Below, piece after piece: positions 39,501-54,500 of a stretch of 64,000 bases of DNA; position 1 is the first letter of the stretch; each line of letters begins with the position of its first letter. The position numbers were made by a program, and so were the translations under genes. Below the pieces are notes generated by a model. It saw nothing but the letters and a program-made list of their open reading frames with translations, was not told the origin of the DNA and ran no database searches. The DNA comes from Tubiluchus corallicola (taxonomy: Eukaryota; Animalia; Priapulida): assembly GCA_030141605.1 (NCBI GenBank), contig JAQGDQ010000079.1, positions 434,001 through 498,000 of the forward strand, read 5' to 3'.

Positions 39501-42500
39501 AAGTGGTAATTGTAACAAGCACATTGGCCATTTTTTCTCACTGAATACTATGACTGCTCTGGTGAACTGGGACTTCTGTAACTCTGATAGTTCTTTTACT
39601 CCAGCTATAGAATTAAGGCCTGTAGCTATTAAATTGTTCCAGTTGAAGCAAGTACAGAGTTACGTGTTTGCTGCAAATTTTCTGTTTGAAACCGCAGATC
39701 AAGAACAAAGAATATTTATCACTGTACTTTAGGATTACTTATTATTGGTGAAATAATAATAAGCATTTTTATTTAGACTGGACCCTGTGGTCAGACTGGA
39801 CAAATTGTTCTACCCATACAACATGTGGACAGGGTGTAAAGGAGCGGTACAGAAATTGTACTTATGAAGGAAAGATTGGTGTTGACGGAAATTGCATGGG
39901 TAGTCCGGTGCAGGAAACTTTATGTCATGCACCTAAATGTTATGGTAAAATTTGAAGTATTATTTCGCACTTAATTGGGTGATATTCTAGTCAGCATGTT
40001 ATAATTTTCATACCTGCGTACTAATTGATAGTATTGTTTTTAGGCTTCTTTCGGCTTGTGGGTGAAGAGGGTACATACGGAGAAGGGCGTGTAGAAGTTT
40101 ATGATGACATCACCAATACATGGGGTCAGGTTTGCAGCCATGACTGGAATTTTGAGGATGCTGTTGTTGCTTGCAGGCAGCATGGTTTTCCAAACGTGTC
40201 AGAAGGTATTGGTTTTATTAGCTAGTCTGCTTCCGATATTTTTGTATTTAGTCAGTGATAAGTTAGAATTATAATTCTCCATTGTGCATAATGCAAAAAA
40301 GAAATACGAAGGAGGATGAAGCAATTTTGGCTGTATATGTTTGTAAGTTTTTACTTTGCTAACTTAAAACTATTAGGATGCTAGAGACCCAATTTATCTC
40401 TCACCTGTGATGGAATTTGTTAGTTTTCTTTATTGAACTGTATTTTCCGTTCTACAAAATAAACAAAAACTTATGATAATTATCTCCATCCAAAATGATA
40501 AACAAAATTGGTAAACAAATTGTTTTTTGTTTATACATGAATTGCAGTCATGAGAAAATGCAGGTTAGCAAAGGTTGAACAACTTATAGTATTAGATGGT
40601 AAAATGAGTGGTTGATTGACCTAGTGATTTTCAGTGTGGTTCATCTTATTTTATATCAAAACTGTGGTGAAAATGAGTTGGACTGTATTAGCTTATTTCA
40701 GTCAGTAGTGTGTAAATTTCATAGCAAAGTGTCAAATGATCAAAGATGGCTATAACTCTTTTGTGCTGGCAGTACTAGTGCGTTATTACAGTGTTTTGCT
40801 GTTCAGCATATTGTTGAATTTCTTTAACTGCATAGCAGTATCTAATTCAAAAATCTCGGTATTTTCAGTATTGATGGATGTTTCTGAAGGAGATGTCCCA
40901 TTCCTGCTTACGAATGTTCAATGTGAGGGTCATGAATGGACTATACAGCAATGTACTCACGGTGGCTGGGGTAACAATACGTGTGATAGTGGAAAAGCAG
41001 TCGGAGTGGCATGCTCTGGTGAGAGAGAAAATCCTCACTTTTATTTTGACTATTTATCATTGTGTTTTAAAATCTTTAAATTTTGCTTTTACTGTTGTAA
41101 CAGTAGTTTAGCTCAGAAGGTGACATAAAATCAGAGAGAATGTACTGCTGTTCTTTCAGCTTGTTTCCAATAAATATTTTCAGCTAGTAAAAGCCATCTT
41201 AAATATGATATCACTTCAAGACAAAATCTTTTTAAATGGCTAAAATAAAATGAAGACATTGGCATTTCTCTGATTACCATTACAACATAAAAGTATTTGT
41301 TTGCTACGATTACAGCTATCTTACTAACTTTGGTCTCAGGTGAAGGCAGTTCATTTGGCCCTTGAGAGTGATCTAAAGACAACTGTTACTTGTAGCACAG
41401 CCAGTCTAGTGAACTAACTAGCAAGATCAGTAGTAACATAGATGGCTGGTGCTACTCACACTTAGATTGACTAGTCATCTTTTGTTGTATTGCAGTTGAT
41501 GGTGTGTGGGGAACATGGTCTGAATGGGCATCCTGCTCTGTTACATGCGGCAATGGCACGCAGTTGCGGTACAGAAATTGTAGCAATCCTCCGGCTATGA
41601 GAGGTGGAAAGGACTGCGAGGGCATTTCCCAAGAAGAGAGAGGATGTTTCGACTTTGAATGTGCAGGTAACGTAACCATAATTACTGGTTTCCGTTTAAT
41701 TAGTAAGTGCACTCTGCACCTTATACAAAAACTCCACATACACTTTAGGCAAGAAAATGATGAAAATATTTTTCTATAGCAGGGTTTTGAATAAAGACGT
41801 TACAGTTAATAGAACAGGTTTTTCAAAATGAAAATGGTCATAGGCAATAGTGGAAGTTGGCTTTTTATCACCTTAAGGTACACACATACATTCTAAGAAA
41901 TTCAGTTATTTTGATAAGCTTTTACAATAAATGAAATATCTGCATAGGGATGATTAAATAGGAAATTACATTAATTGAAGTTGATACATCTTTTGTAGAA
42001 GATCTTTATCAGATATATATCAGGTATTTATTTTATGTATTGTTAAAAAATAGTACAATTTTCTTTTTTGCCAAACTTTGGATTTATATTTTTATTTCTG
42101 AGTTTGAAACTTTATCATCTGAAAGAAAAGAAAAACAAAATTTCATCAACATTGCCTCTTTGGCATGCTAATAAAGAATTTTCAACTAGCCAAGCAGTTT
42201 TGAGAATCTCATCCCTAAATTCTCCTTTCTCTTTCAGAATGGTCAGCTTGGGGTGCTTGGGAGGAGTGCAATGTTACTTGCAATGGAGGCTTACAGAGGC
42301 GAGAACGAACTTGCGAAGGTAGAGTCAAGGACTGCGTCGGAAGTACTGAAGACTGGCAGACATGCAATGAGGAGCATTGTGCAAGTAAGTGCCAGACATT
42401 TGATGGAGGCATGTGTCTTTTCTGTATAGTTCATGTGGAAGATGCATTGACAAATGTTTATTTAAAAAAATATATTTAACAAAGCATAATATGGCAATTT

Positions 42501-45500
42501 ATACTATAGCTCAAAAATCAATTAAAGACTTTTTGAGAGGCTTTCCTATTATTAACACTTGCCTAAACTAACTGCTAAATCATTTTTAGTGAAAGCCTAC
42601 TTAATAGAAACATTTGTCACTGTAGCAAGTCATGTGATTGCTGTTACATCACAACACATGAAATCTTTCTATTGGCACACTAATTTATTTCACTTATGAT
42701 TTATTTACCCTTACGAGTTTGTTTGGAATCCACAGGGCAAGGATTTTCATGTCCAGCATCTACCTTGTTCTAAATTCTGTACATATCATATTAACAATAC
42801 ATTTTGTTGTTGTTCAACATTGCAGTTGCTATATTAACCTCTCGGGGAGGAAAAGTTTGTTATTGCAGAGCATTGTTCCGCAGACGCTGGAAGATCGTGT
42901 GGATTTCTACCAATCCAAAGTTGCTGATCTTTAGGTGAGTAATTCAGATAGAGTGATCTTTTTCTGGATTTTTGTTTGCCAAAATGCTAGCCATAATCTT
43001 TAGAAAGCCGATGAGCTGAAGTGCTGCAAACTTTAGCTCATCAGTTTGAAATTCTCGAGGTTTAGCACTTCCGCTAAAAGTGACTGAAAGTGTTTCGTTT
43101 TGGCAATCTAGTCCTGCACGTGGCGATATATCTGCGATTTGAAGCAGAAGCAGAAACCCAGAATTTATGATCAGTTTGTGAGTCTCTTTTTATCTCGCAT
43201 GTTGTGCTTGAGCCGTGCTTCAGCTTGCTGTTTATAATTTACAACTACATTTTTCTTTTAACTGTTGCTTTGTATTCACTTGTCATAAGAAGTAAACGCC
43301 TTTTTATCTTAATTAATGAGTGTGTTTTTATGACATAAATTCTGATAAATAATTTGTTAAAAAACTTAGGATGATTGATTTTATACATTACCCTATTAAA
43401 ATGCTTTTTCACGCAGTCTGCATAAGTTCACTGCTTGATTACTGAAAAAATCTAGATGTTATATCTTAGCGAAAATTAGTTGAAGCATTTGAAACACTGG
43501 AAAGCTGTTAAAGCTATAGTTGTAGAAATACACATAGCCACTGTCACATTTAGGCATCTCTGGTTTGCCCAAGTTCTCAGGTAATCTTATAGTGTTCTAG
43601 TGCATTTTTTTGCCATAGAAATAGTGTAGTATGGTTATAGAGTTAGCTAAAATGATAAACAACTTTAAAACTTTTTCCTAGTTACTGATCCCAAATCTTT
43701 CAAGTATTCATGAATAAATCATCCAAGCCTTCATATTTCAGATTAAAAAGCCAGCAGCTGTTTCAACTAATATTTTGTGAGCAAACTGAACTGGAAATGG
43801 GTGCTTGGCTTATGTAAAGCAATTTTCCTTGCTGATTATAGACACAAAAAGTTTGTTTTGTTGCCTAACATCTAACACCACTTTTGCAGCAGTAAACTTC
43901 ATAGTATATCTTGAGTTTATATGCTACCAGGAACCACAGAGTGTTACAAAATCTTCTTGCTTCTGATAAGGCTTTTTGTGGGTTGCATTTTGCTGCATAT
44001 TGTGTGAAGATCCTTGCCCACAAATCTTGCACAGCTCTGTACTTACTGCTTAATAAACGTGCATGCACAAAAAGTGTTTGCTTTCTCTGCTTTCCTGAAG
44101 TGTTGCTTAAATGCCAGCTTATTTTTCTGCTGCTTTTGACTGCCATATAATTTTGGTCCAGACTTGGGACAAAGCTGTCTTACTGTTTTTTCTCTTTTGA
44201 ACTATTGTGTGGTATGCTAAACGCATGAGAGTGTTGAAAATATTGACGATAAGCTGTGACACATTATGTGACTTATACGGCTGCAGTTTAGTTGTTTACT
44301 TATTAGGTAACACTCATAACAGCTTTTACTAAAGTAACCATTAGCCAAATGTTCGGGTATGAACATGTTTTGTTCAATTTTGAAGAAGCGATCTGAACGT
44401 GATACGAGTTTTTTGGAATTTATTTCCTGCCATAAAAATATGAAGTTGGAAATAAGAAGTTATTTGCGTTGACTCGTTGTGTGCCAAAAGTGGGACTAGC
44501 TGCCCTTAAAAAGCGTTATTTTAGGATCTCAAATACATGTCATTATCCAAATACAGAACATTTTTTCTTTTTTTGTTTGTTTGTTTAATTACTTGAAAAA
44601 CAACAGTACTTTGTTAGATGAATTCTTAGCTCCACAATCTTAATACAAATGCGATCGTATCAGCTCCCAGATTGAATTAATAAGCCTTACAGTTCTGTGA
44701 GTGCAATCAGATGTTGTTGCTTAGTGTTGAGAAAGGCATTTTAGTTGCAGTGCACACTTCTTGCAGCAAAATTTTTGATTTGTTGTTAAATTTGAGGTAA
44801 AATTTCACTAGTACTTTACTGTGCAATTATTATAAGTGATCGACCTGTCAAAGGATTCTATAATTTAGGAAATTATCAGGTGAACCAGTGATTTCAAGAT
44901 TTTATTTACTGTTTTTGAGACTTTGGTGACTTCAAACAACTCACCAATGCTTGCAAATAAGTGTAACCATAAATTAAGTTTGCAGACAACTGTTACTTTT
45001 GAACTGCGCACGGTTTGTGTATTTTTGCCTTTCTGATAATCAAGAATGGGTGAACAGATTTCATAGAAAAATAGTTTTGCGAATTGGTTAGCAGGTTTCA
45101 TACCAAGCAGAGCATCACAGCCTGACCCAATTTTTTCTAAAACTTTTTCTTTACTTTGTGTAACAGTTGGAATCGAATGCATGTGTTAATTTTAGTTGAT
45201 GGTGTATGGAATGAGTGGATGGAGTGGAGCGCGTGCAATGTTTCCTGCGGAGGTGGACAACATGTCAGATCTCGTACTTGCGTGGAGCCACAATATGGTG
45301 GTAATTATTGTGAAGGTCTGTCCATCGACATTGAAGAATGCAACACGACACCTTGCCCTGGTGAGTCAAACCATTCACTTTGCAGTGACTGTAATGAAAA
45401 TGCCAGTGTAGCTTACATAATTATAGTGTAGTTTCAGAGTATAAAGGTAATTGTAAGCTTCTTAAGTAGGTGAGTTCATGTCATTTAATTATGGTGTGAG

Positions 45501-48500
45501 ATTGCATTCTGGGTGCCACTTACTGTAGAACACAGTATTCTGAGACACTAAAATTAAACAAGTGGCAAGTATGTAAATTGTTGTGTGAGTTTGTGTTGGG
45601 AATATTGAGGAAGAATTTGTACGATTTAGGCCAGTGTCACACAGAGCTGGACATAATCCACAAGGCATAGGCATAAGGAGAAAAGGCCAGTTTATAAAAG
45701 TTGAGCATATGCTGACCAATGATCCTTGTCATTCAGGTAATCCATTTGTTATCTGCTGCCTACCATAAGCCTTCAACCATAATTTGCAGTATACTCATTG
45801 CAAGCTGTTATGAGCATTCATAAGGCTTCTTGTTGAGAAACAAATTTGGCCATTAATTTCACTTGCTGTAAGGCGTTTTTGCTCATTTCTAACATATTAA
45901 TTAGTGTATTTGTGCTTTTTGTGGTACACAATTCATTTAATTTATATCATTCAATTGCAAAGCACAGTGGTGTCCTGAACATTAAAAAGCATTTTTTTAA
46001 ACATGTCATTACAAAAATAGATGTGTCTAAGTGATTGTGATTTATATTAGCCTATTAAGTGTAGAAATGAAAAATTTTTTAAAAATTAAAAATCTGTTGT
46101 TCTCATCTGTTACGTCATCACTGGTGGCTGAGTTTGCACATCTGTTTAGCTACTGAAACATTGTTTGAAATAATTTTTACGAATTCCCTTTCACACTGCC
46201 TGCTATGACTTGCTCCTTATGCCTCTCTCTGCATGACATGGGTCTTAGAGGTTATAATAACAACAAAAAATCTCTGTGTGACATGGGCCTTAGATATTAT
46301 AATAGCAGCAAAATAGGACAAACTAAGTTTAAAATATAAGGTGGAAAAAAGGATAAACCAAGTTTAAATTATAAAGTGGCCTTAAAGGATTTCCTCAATT
46401 TTTTCTGCAAAATTTTTTATTGCAGATTTTAGCATCTTCCAGTAGTAAGTTTAATGCACCAAAATAATAAAGTTCCGACATTCAGGTATACTTCAGTAGA
46501 GTAGTCAAAAGTTTTTTTAAGGTGAATTCATGATTAATGTCACAATATTTACCAACTATTAGAAGTGAGAAAGCGAGTTACTGGATTCAATGAATTTATT
46601 CAAGAAAGTACCGAATTTAATAAAACTTTCGTTCAATGTATAATTAGTTGATGGCGCCTGGAAAGCGTGGGAAGATTGGCATGCATGCCACGCCACTTGC
46701 GGAAGCTCATTTCAGTTTCGTTCACGTGTGTGCAAATCTCCAAAATATGGCGGTCGTGATTGCGTAGGTCTGGTCACTGAAAAACGAGCATGCAACGAGA
46801 ATCCGTGTCCAGGTAGAAAACTCTTCATCGACTCTTTAGTTCTGTGCAGCATTTACAGGTGGATGATTAGCTGTAGCCGCAGTCGCTGTTGTACATGGCT
46901 CTAGTTCTTCTGGCAATTCTAACTGTTTTTTTAGTACTAGTTCTTCTTAACTATATCAGTTTGATATAAAGTTTGTGCCGTAGTTATTGTCCTTAAATAC
47001 TATTATTCTTTAATTTCTTCACATTATTTTGTCTTGCCCAACTATCTCAGTTAGATATAAAGTTGATGTAATACTGCTTTCACCTCTTTTCTTGTTTTGT
47101 TATACTTTCTTCTATACTTTCTATACATAGCTCTTGCTCTTCACTGATTAACTATTAAAAACTATTAGATAAATACATCTACATTATTTGCGTTTGTCCT
47201 AATATTCTGTAATAAAGGTGTGATGAAGGTTGGGTTGATTTGTAGAACATATGCCAAACACTTTTTCTTTACAATTAGTTTGTTACACAAGGTAGTTACA
47301 ACATAAGATTGAATAATGTAATTAATTAATGCTAATGAACGGGTATATGTCAGTGTACAAATATGCCTGAATATTCAGCTTTGTGAATATACTTTTGTAT
47401 CTGTTCCCTCAAATAGTACAAATAGTAGATCCTGCCTTCAACGCACCTTCTGCTTGTACAGTTAATCTCACCTAAATTCTAGTCTCTGATTACTTACTCT
47501 TAACGTGATCTTTTACAAAGCTTTAACATAAAATCTTTGTTGATAAGTTTTACATTTGCAAAATGCAGATTAATATTTTTTGCTCTTATGCTGCATTAAT
47601 GAATGTGTAATCGTTGTCACTGTTTTTGTTAACTGCTACTGGTGTGTTGAACTTTTAACGTTGAGATAATATTCGTGGTAAAAGGGTGAGTGCAAAATTT
47701 CTGAACGCAAAATGTTTAGTGAAAATTGGGATGTTGAAAAATTATTTCAGCATACTGATATTAACAAGAATAATGTTACTTATCTGCAATTTATTTGCAG
47801 TTTATCCGAACACTAGTTGAAATATCAAAATTTGTTTATGATTTTAGAATCTGATAACTGCCATCAAAATATACATTTGTCATTGCGGTCGGTTGCAAAC
47901 ACATCTAATTGTGGCTAAGGCACCTTTGCCGATTCATTATCTCATTTTCAGTATGATCCTTGATAGTGAGGTAGTTCTGGTCTCACATTAGTTGTATATT
48001 CACCGTTGAGCAGTCAGTGCTAGATTCTGGTTTGCAGTATGCTGGGTATAAAAAAACACCACTAAAGATTTTGCATTCTAGTTGATGGCATAAAGTATTT
48101 TTCTGAATGTCATTTGGTGGTTGCCCGTCCATTTTCTAATTGATTTTATACCAGTGTGAACAACTAGATCAATGTTTTGCTTCTGTGCCACAATCGATGC
48201 GGTAGACCATCATTGTTGTGTTCTGCTGATTTGATATTTAAATGCAGATTTGTTAAGAATGGTGTGTGTTAAATTTCTTGAATTTTCTTCTCACTGTCAT
48301 CGGTGACATTCAAATGAATACTTGAAAGTAGATTTTGTGGCAACACTGATGAGCATAAGTATTCATTTTCAGTTCATAGAGACATATAATAGCCATACAT
48401 TGAATACACTAACTCACCGGCAATGGTATGTTAGCTGTAGATGCTAGATCTAACAGCTAGTTAAAGCTCAACATTTCTATTTAATAGAATAACTGAGCAT

Positions 48501-51500
48501 GACCACCACATGACTCCATGTCCAGGTATTTTAACGTACTTAGTCTGGTTTTAGACCTTGTGTAAATCTCGAGTTTATACTGTAACTGGTGAGTAGAACC
48601 ATTCATGTATGTTTATTGTATTCTGCTTATGAATCTGAAATGTGCTTATTCTCTCCGTTATGGCCATGACAAAATCTACAGTAAAGAATTGGGGGTTTCA
48701 AGATCTTCAGCATGAGGTGTCATTCAATGTGTGGGGACCATGGTCTGGCTGTAACGTCACCTGTGGAGGTGGTTCTCAATCTCGCATACGCACCTGTCAC
48801 ATTCCATTCGATCAACAAGTGAACGTATCTTTAAACTGCACGGGTCTCTTCATAGAACACAGAGCTTGCAATGATGAATTTTGCCCAGGTACTTGTTATT
48901 TCATCCTAACTTTAGAAGACTGTTAAACATCTTAGTTCTAATTGTATTCTTTTATGTTCTAATTATTTTTCTTTTATTATAAAAACAAAAATGTATTAAC
49001 AGCTGGCTTTATAGCCATTGGAAGTGTTGTGATAACTTAGATATATTGCTTTGTATAAGTAAGTTAAACATTTCTGTTGCCCCAAAAAATTGCACTATTA
49101 ATTTTTTATTTTGAATAGCATTTTTCCTGACTTAAAACTGTTAAACAGTTGTTAAAACATCTTTAGGAGAACTTTATACATATGATTTCTTAGTTGATGG
49201 TCAATGGGAAGAGTGGGGAACATGGGAAGAGTGTAGTAAGCCATGCGGAGGTGGCATTAAAACCCGCAGGCGTCACTGTTCAGAAGCTAAGTATGGTGGG
49301 GTGAACTGTGTCGGTGACAATACAGAAACAGCACTTTGCAATAGGCAGCCCTGTACAGGTACCATTAATAATGATGATATCACTTTCCCGTTTAGATCTT
49401 GTTTTTTTACCACATTTAGTGCTATAAAAACTGACAGGTACTCAAAAGGTAATGGCTACTTTTTATGTATAAGAGAAGTTGTGTGTTTAATTCAACATGT
49501 TTCTATGTGAAGATATCCTTCTCACGTGAATGTAAATGATATGACCTAACATTTTGCTTGTCAAATGCAAAGACGAATAATAGTGCAGACCCATTTATTG
49601 CATCCAAAGTATTATTCGGTCAATTCAGGCTCAATTATGCTTTAAATACATAGTTTCAGAAGCATTTTGCGTCTTGTACAGCCTGTAATCTTGGTTGGGT
49701 ATGATTAGAACAGATCGAACTGAATGCCTTGAAATTTCAATTAACCTCAACCCTGCCCAACACACTAGAGTTATCCTGGCAGGTAAAATGGAAGCAAAGA
49801 TGATCCAAGAACATACCATTGATCAATATTCCAAACATAAGCTTGCGAGACATGCAAGATGATGTTGAATGATCTTGAGTTCGTCCCTGATCTCTTTCAT
49901 TTCTAATCGTACCCCTCAAGATTTCTGACTGTGCAATACACGCGAGCTTCCACACTAAATATTGAGGGCATGATAGTTTCTCAAATGACTGAGTAATACA
50001 GGTGCAATAAATTGTTCTGATTTTACTTCTTGTTTTTGTATCCCCTAGCAAAAAGTTGTGTTACATCCCGTATATTTTATGATACAAACTATTATTTTAA
50101 TTTACTTCTGCTTTTAGTATTGCTCTACATTCTTTATGCAAAAATACAGTCCATTTCCTTTTTTAACAACAATCTGACACGACTATTACAATCTTCTTGC
50201 TACTAAGGAATCCTTCAGCTATCTTTTGACTTATTATTACTTGTTCTAATATTTGTATCTTCTAAGTTTTCGTATTTCATATAACTAACTACTTCTGATT
50301 GTTTTATGCGTTTAAAACTGCCTACAACTGTTCTGCAACTACGATAAAAAACTTTTTTCTTACAAGGTACTGAAGATGGTGTTGGGTGACAGCAATCTCC
50401 AACTGTATTTGCTTTTCGACATTGACCTGGACCGAATTTTCCTCAGTAGTCTCTGCCTGAGATTACGATGGCTAGCGATTTTATTCTTAGTTCTTTCTTA
50501 GCGCTCGCATTTAGAATTTGATATGTGAAGTAACGTACTAAAGCAATTAATGGTATATCGCGACTTTTACGATATCAATGATTAGAAATCTTAATTTTCA
50601 TACAAATTTCAGTAATTACTATGAAATCTGCACTATGTGGACCAGCTCCAAACTTATTTCTGAATTTCATTCAACGTATGGTACATAAAAACTTTGGCTT
50701 TGTAACATTTAGACATAAAAAGCTAACTAAGACCAATTAAAACTGTACAAAACATTTTTAGAATAAGTTTTAGAATTTTCATTTACTTATAAGCATTGAG
50801 TAAAAAAAGAACTAACAAAGTCACAAGAAGGATGCAATTACCAGAATCAGTGTTGTATGCAGTGTTCCGACTGATGTTTTCCCTATTTCTGTCACTAAAT
50901 GAGTAAATTTGTCACAATTTTATGACACAATTATCATAAACTATGGGTGTTATTGACGAACCATTTTTGATTTCTCCAAGACATTTATCTGTTTCTCATT
51001 CTAAAAATGAAACTGTTTCTTCAGCAAACTTCAAAACGTCATTAACAAATATAAAAAACAAAATTGGTATAAAGATTTGTGCAAATCCTGCTATTTAATT
51101 AACTGCTTAGTTGATTATATAACTTAATCCTGGATTAACACCCTGGATGAATGCATAAAAATTTCCAAAGCTTATTCTACTGTGCTGTAGGATCTACATA
51201 AGTAATTACATGGAGCTACAGATTATGATTATTTTATCTGGTGTAGTGAAAATTAATCTAGTACTAGAAAATTAATTCATCAAATCATAATACAGTATGC
51301 AAATTGACCTTACTTTCTTGTTACTTGCTGGATTTATAAATTTAATTGAAGTACATCAATAAAATTGGCGTCTGGAGACCCTCTTCATGACTATAAATTC
51401 TTGAAATGCTTCAGTATTCAAAAATAATTTCGTTAAAAGCTTGCAAATTTGTTAATACTAGAGCTCAATTCAAATTAACTTTTCCAATGAAGCTGTTCTT

Positions 51501-54500
51501 GAAAATGCAAGTAAGTCATTAAGAAAGGTGGCATTTTTCACAAAAATTGATGTAATCCTGAACTAAAGGCAAGATTTTTATGCAGAAGATGCATAAACTA
51601 ATAGCCCCTTTTATTGACTCGCACTAGTCTCCACAAAAAAATTATTGGTGACTGAAATAGGATAAACTTGTCCACAAAAAAAAAATTATTGGTGACTGAA
51701 ATAGGATAAACTTGTAATAAAATAATGTTAATTGTGTGTCTATCTTTTGCCTATAAAGTTTATTCACGTACCTTTTTATAAAGAATTCAAAATAGCAGCA
51801 AAACTAGAATGTTTGAATAACTTCAATTTTGCAGACAGTGGAAAAGTTTTAAGGGTCATTTGCACACTTCTGCGGACAAATTGATCAAATTTTAAAATGA
51901 GATAAAAAATAATTTCAAAACAATATTAAAGTATGTTGCTTTGCTTCATTAGAAAATAAATTTTTCTCTGCAGTGCAGCTGTTTGTTGTTATTATTTTTT
52001 TTAACAATGGGTAGTTGGAAAATATGATTAAACTGTGACAGTGTGACAATACTAGGATGTGCAGTGTGGTGTGTGCTATAATTGTCGTCCTATTAAATTA
52101 ATAGCTGGCTAAAACAGTTTTATTGGAAATCTCAAATGGATGCTTTGTAAAAAGTTTAGCATTACTAGACATTAATTTTGGAGTGAAACAAGACAATGTT
52201 GATATATATACAAAATAGATGGTTGTCGAGAAAATTATAGCACTTGAAATTATAATTAAGTGCTGAACAGTTGCACTTATATTTGCAACTGATGATTATA
52301 TGCCACAAGGCTTAGACTGGCTAGATAATTTTCACATGTTAAACCTGAATACCAGTTGATGGATTTTGGAGTAACTGGTCTGCTTGGGAAGAGTGTCCTG
52401 TTACGTGCGGAGGAAGCAATCACACTCGAAACAGAACTTGCACAGAACCACTCCATGGCGGTCTCAAATGTAATGGTTCCGCAACAGAAATAAGAATTTG
52501 CAATGATAATCCATGTCCTGGTATGTTATCTGCAGCTTTCATCATATAGTCTCTTACATCACTATTTATTTAGTTAGTTTCTTTCTACAGTTATTTGCTA
52601 ACTTTAAGTTATGCCACTGAAATTCTGAAGATGCACTACAGTAGGAAAAGATTTAATGATAATTACCATTTTTTGAACCTTAAGTGAAATCAACTTCTGT
52701 AGCAGTATTTTAATCAGTCGAGAATGAAACATAAAAAATAGCACAAGTGAAATATTGTCAGTATATTATATAAAACATTTATTGCGCTTTAGTCATATCA
52801 AATGTTATTTCTGACAAGCAGTGACAACTAATGATAAAAAATGATGCATGATGTTGGAAAATCCTTGCTTCACAGTATTCATTACGCACGATTTAGCTGC
52901 ACATGTGTGTGCAACTTACCCAAAGCTTTCAGCTGGCAAAGCATAACTAAACTGCAACACAGACTATCTCTCCTTCTCTGAATTTTTGTGTACCATTTTT
53001 CTTAATGGTTTTTGTCTTTTCTGAGCCTGTTACAGCCTTGCGAGGTCTAGCTATAATTCTTAGTGGAAATTTCTTGTAAAATTATAGATTGTTTCGGTTT
53101 TTGATGTTGACTGAGAGCAAATTGTGGTAAACATTTCAGTTGATGGCGTATGGACGGAATGGTCCGATTGGTCCACTTGCACGCTAACTTGTGGTGGAGG
53201 AAACCAGACCAGACAAAGAAAATGTGTTGGTCCCTTTTATGGAGGAGAGGATTGCGGTGGCAGTGACGTTGATACACAGGTGTGCAACAGTCATAACTGC
53301 CCAGGTAATGTCTTGCATGCTTAATAAATTTGATACATTAGTGAAGTTTTTGTACATGAAGCACTTGATGTACAGTTGCCTAGTTTTACGTTTTTATTAT
53401 ATAAAATTTTATGAGTCGTTGCAGATATAGTGGGACATATTTGTGGAAGAATAAATGTATTTGATAGCATTTGTTGCTGGTTGATAACAAATTTAGTTTA
53501 AAATTTGAGAACTTAAATTTTCACTGGATAGCAAATAGTTAGGCTCAGCAATTTACAGCAATGTGAAAATTCATGTGAAGTGCAGAGATGCATCTAATTG
53601 GCAGTGCATTTTGTCAGCATTACTGTGATTAATTATAGTTTAAAATGTCTTGAGAATCAAATCAGTGTAGTGATGACGTATATAACTAAGGCTATATTTC
53701 TTTGACTCTGTTTATTTGTAAAAGCTGCTACAACTAAGCTTGTTTCTACAATGCACTAGATAGCAAATCAAAGTTATCTAATGCACTGGGGGTCATCTGT
53801 TAGTAGTGGTACTTTGACAAATTTCAGTCGATGGTGTATGGGAGGAGTGGTCTCTGTGGGAGACATGTTCAGTTACATGTGGTGGTGGAATGCAAGATAG
53901 AACACGCTCATGTATTGGTCCGTTTTATGGTGGAAACAACTGCAGCGGACCAGAAAATGAGACGCGTGTCTGTAACGAAAATCCTTGTCCAAGTAAGCAC
54001 TTTTTCGTGAAAAGCACTTCCTATTACCTGCATGTTCCTTCTTGGGAATTAATCGAAAATCATTCAACACAGTTCAAGTTTAGTATCTACTATGCGGCGC
54101 GATGCTATAATGTGTTAAGTTAGTTGGGTGCTTTAATTTGGTTTCAAAGTTCTTATGATTGCCTTACTGAAGGTAATTGATGATAGTAAATTTGTGACAT
54201 GTTGTGGTAATTTATGTTGAGCTAAAACTTTGCTGAGCAAAGAATTATAAGCAATTTATGAAATTAAAATCCCATCCAAAACTTAATACTCAGCTATTAA
54301 CTTATTCAAGTTTTACATTTTGTACATACAGTTCAGTTATTTTAATGTAACCTTTTGGAATTTTACTGGTCTATAATGTTAGCCCTTGCTTTTAAAATAC
54401 ATGATTCTAGATATGTTTTTAGTTGTGGAAAAACTAACTTTATCTCATGAATTCAAAAATTAAAATACTCTAACATTGAGTAGCTTTAGGCATTTAAAAG

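Noticed and set aside
47967-48000. TGAGGTAGT let-7-like seed
   Set aside because: It diverges after 9 nt from let-7 (TGAGGTAGTAGGTTGTATAGTT), and there is no pre-miRNA hairpin with a star arm.
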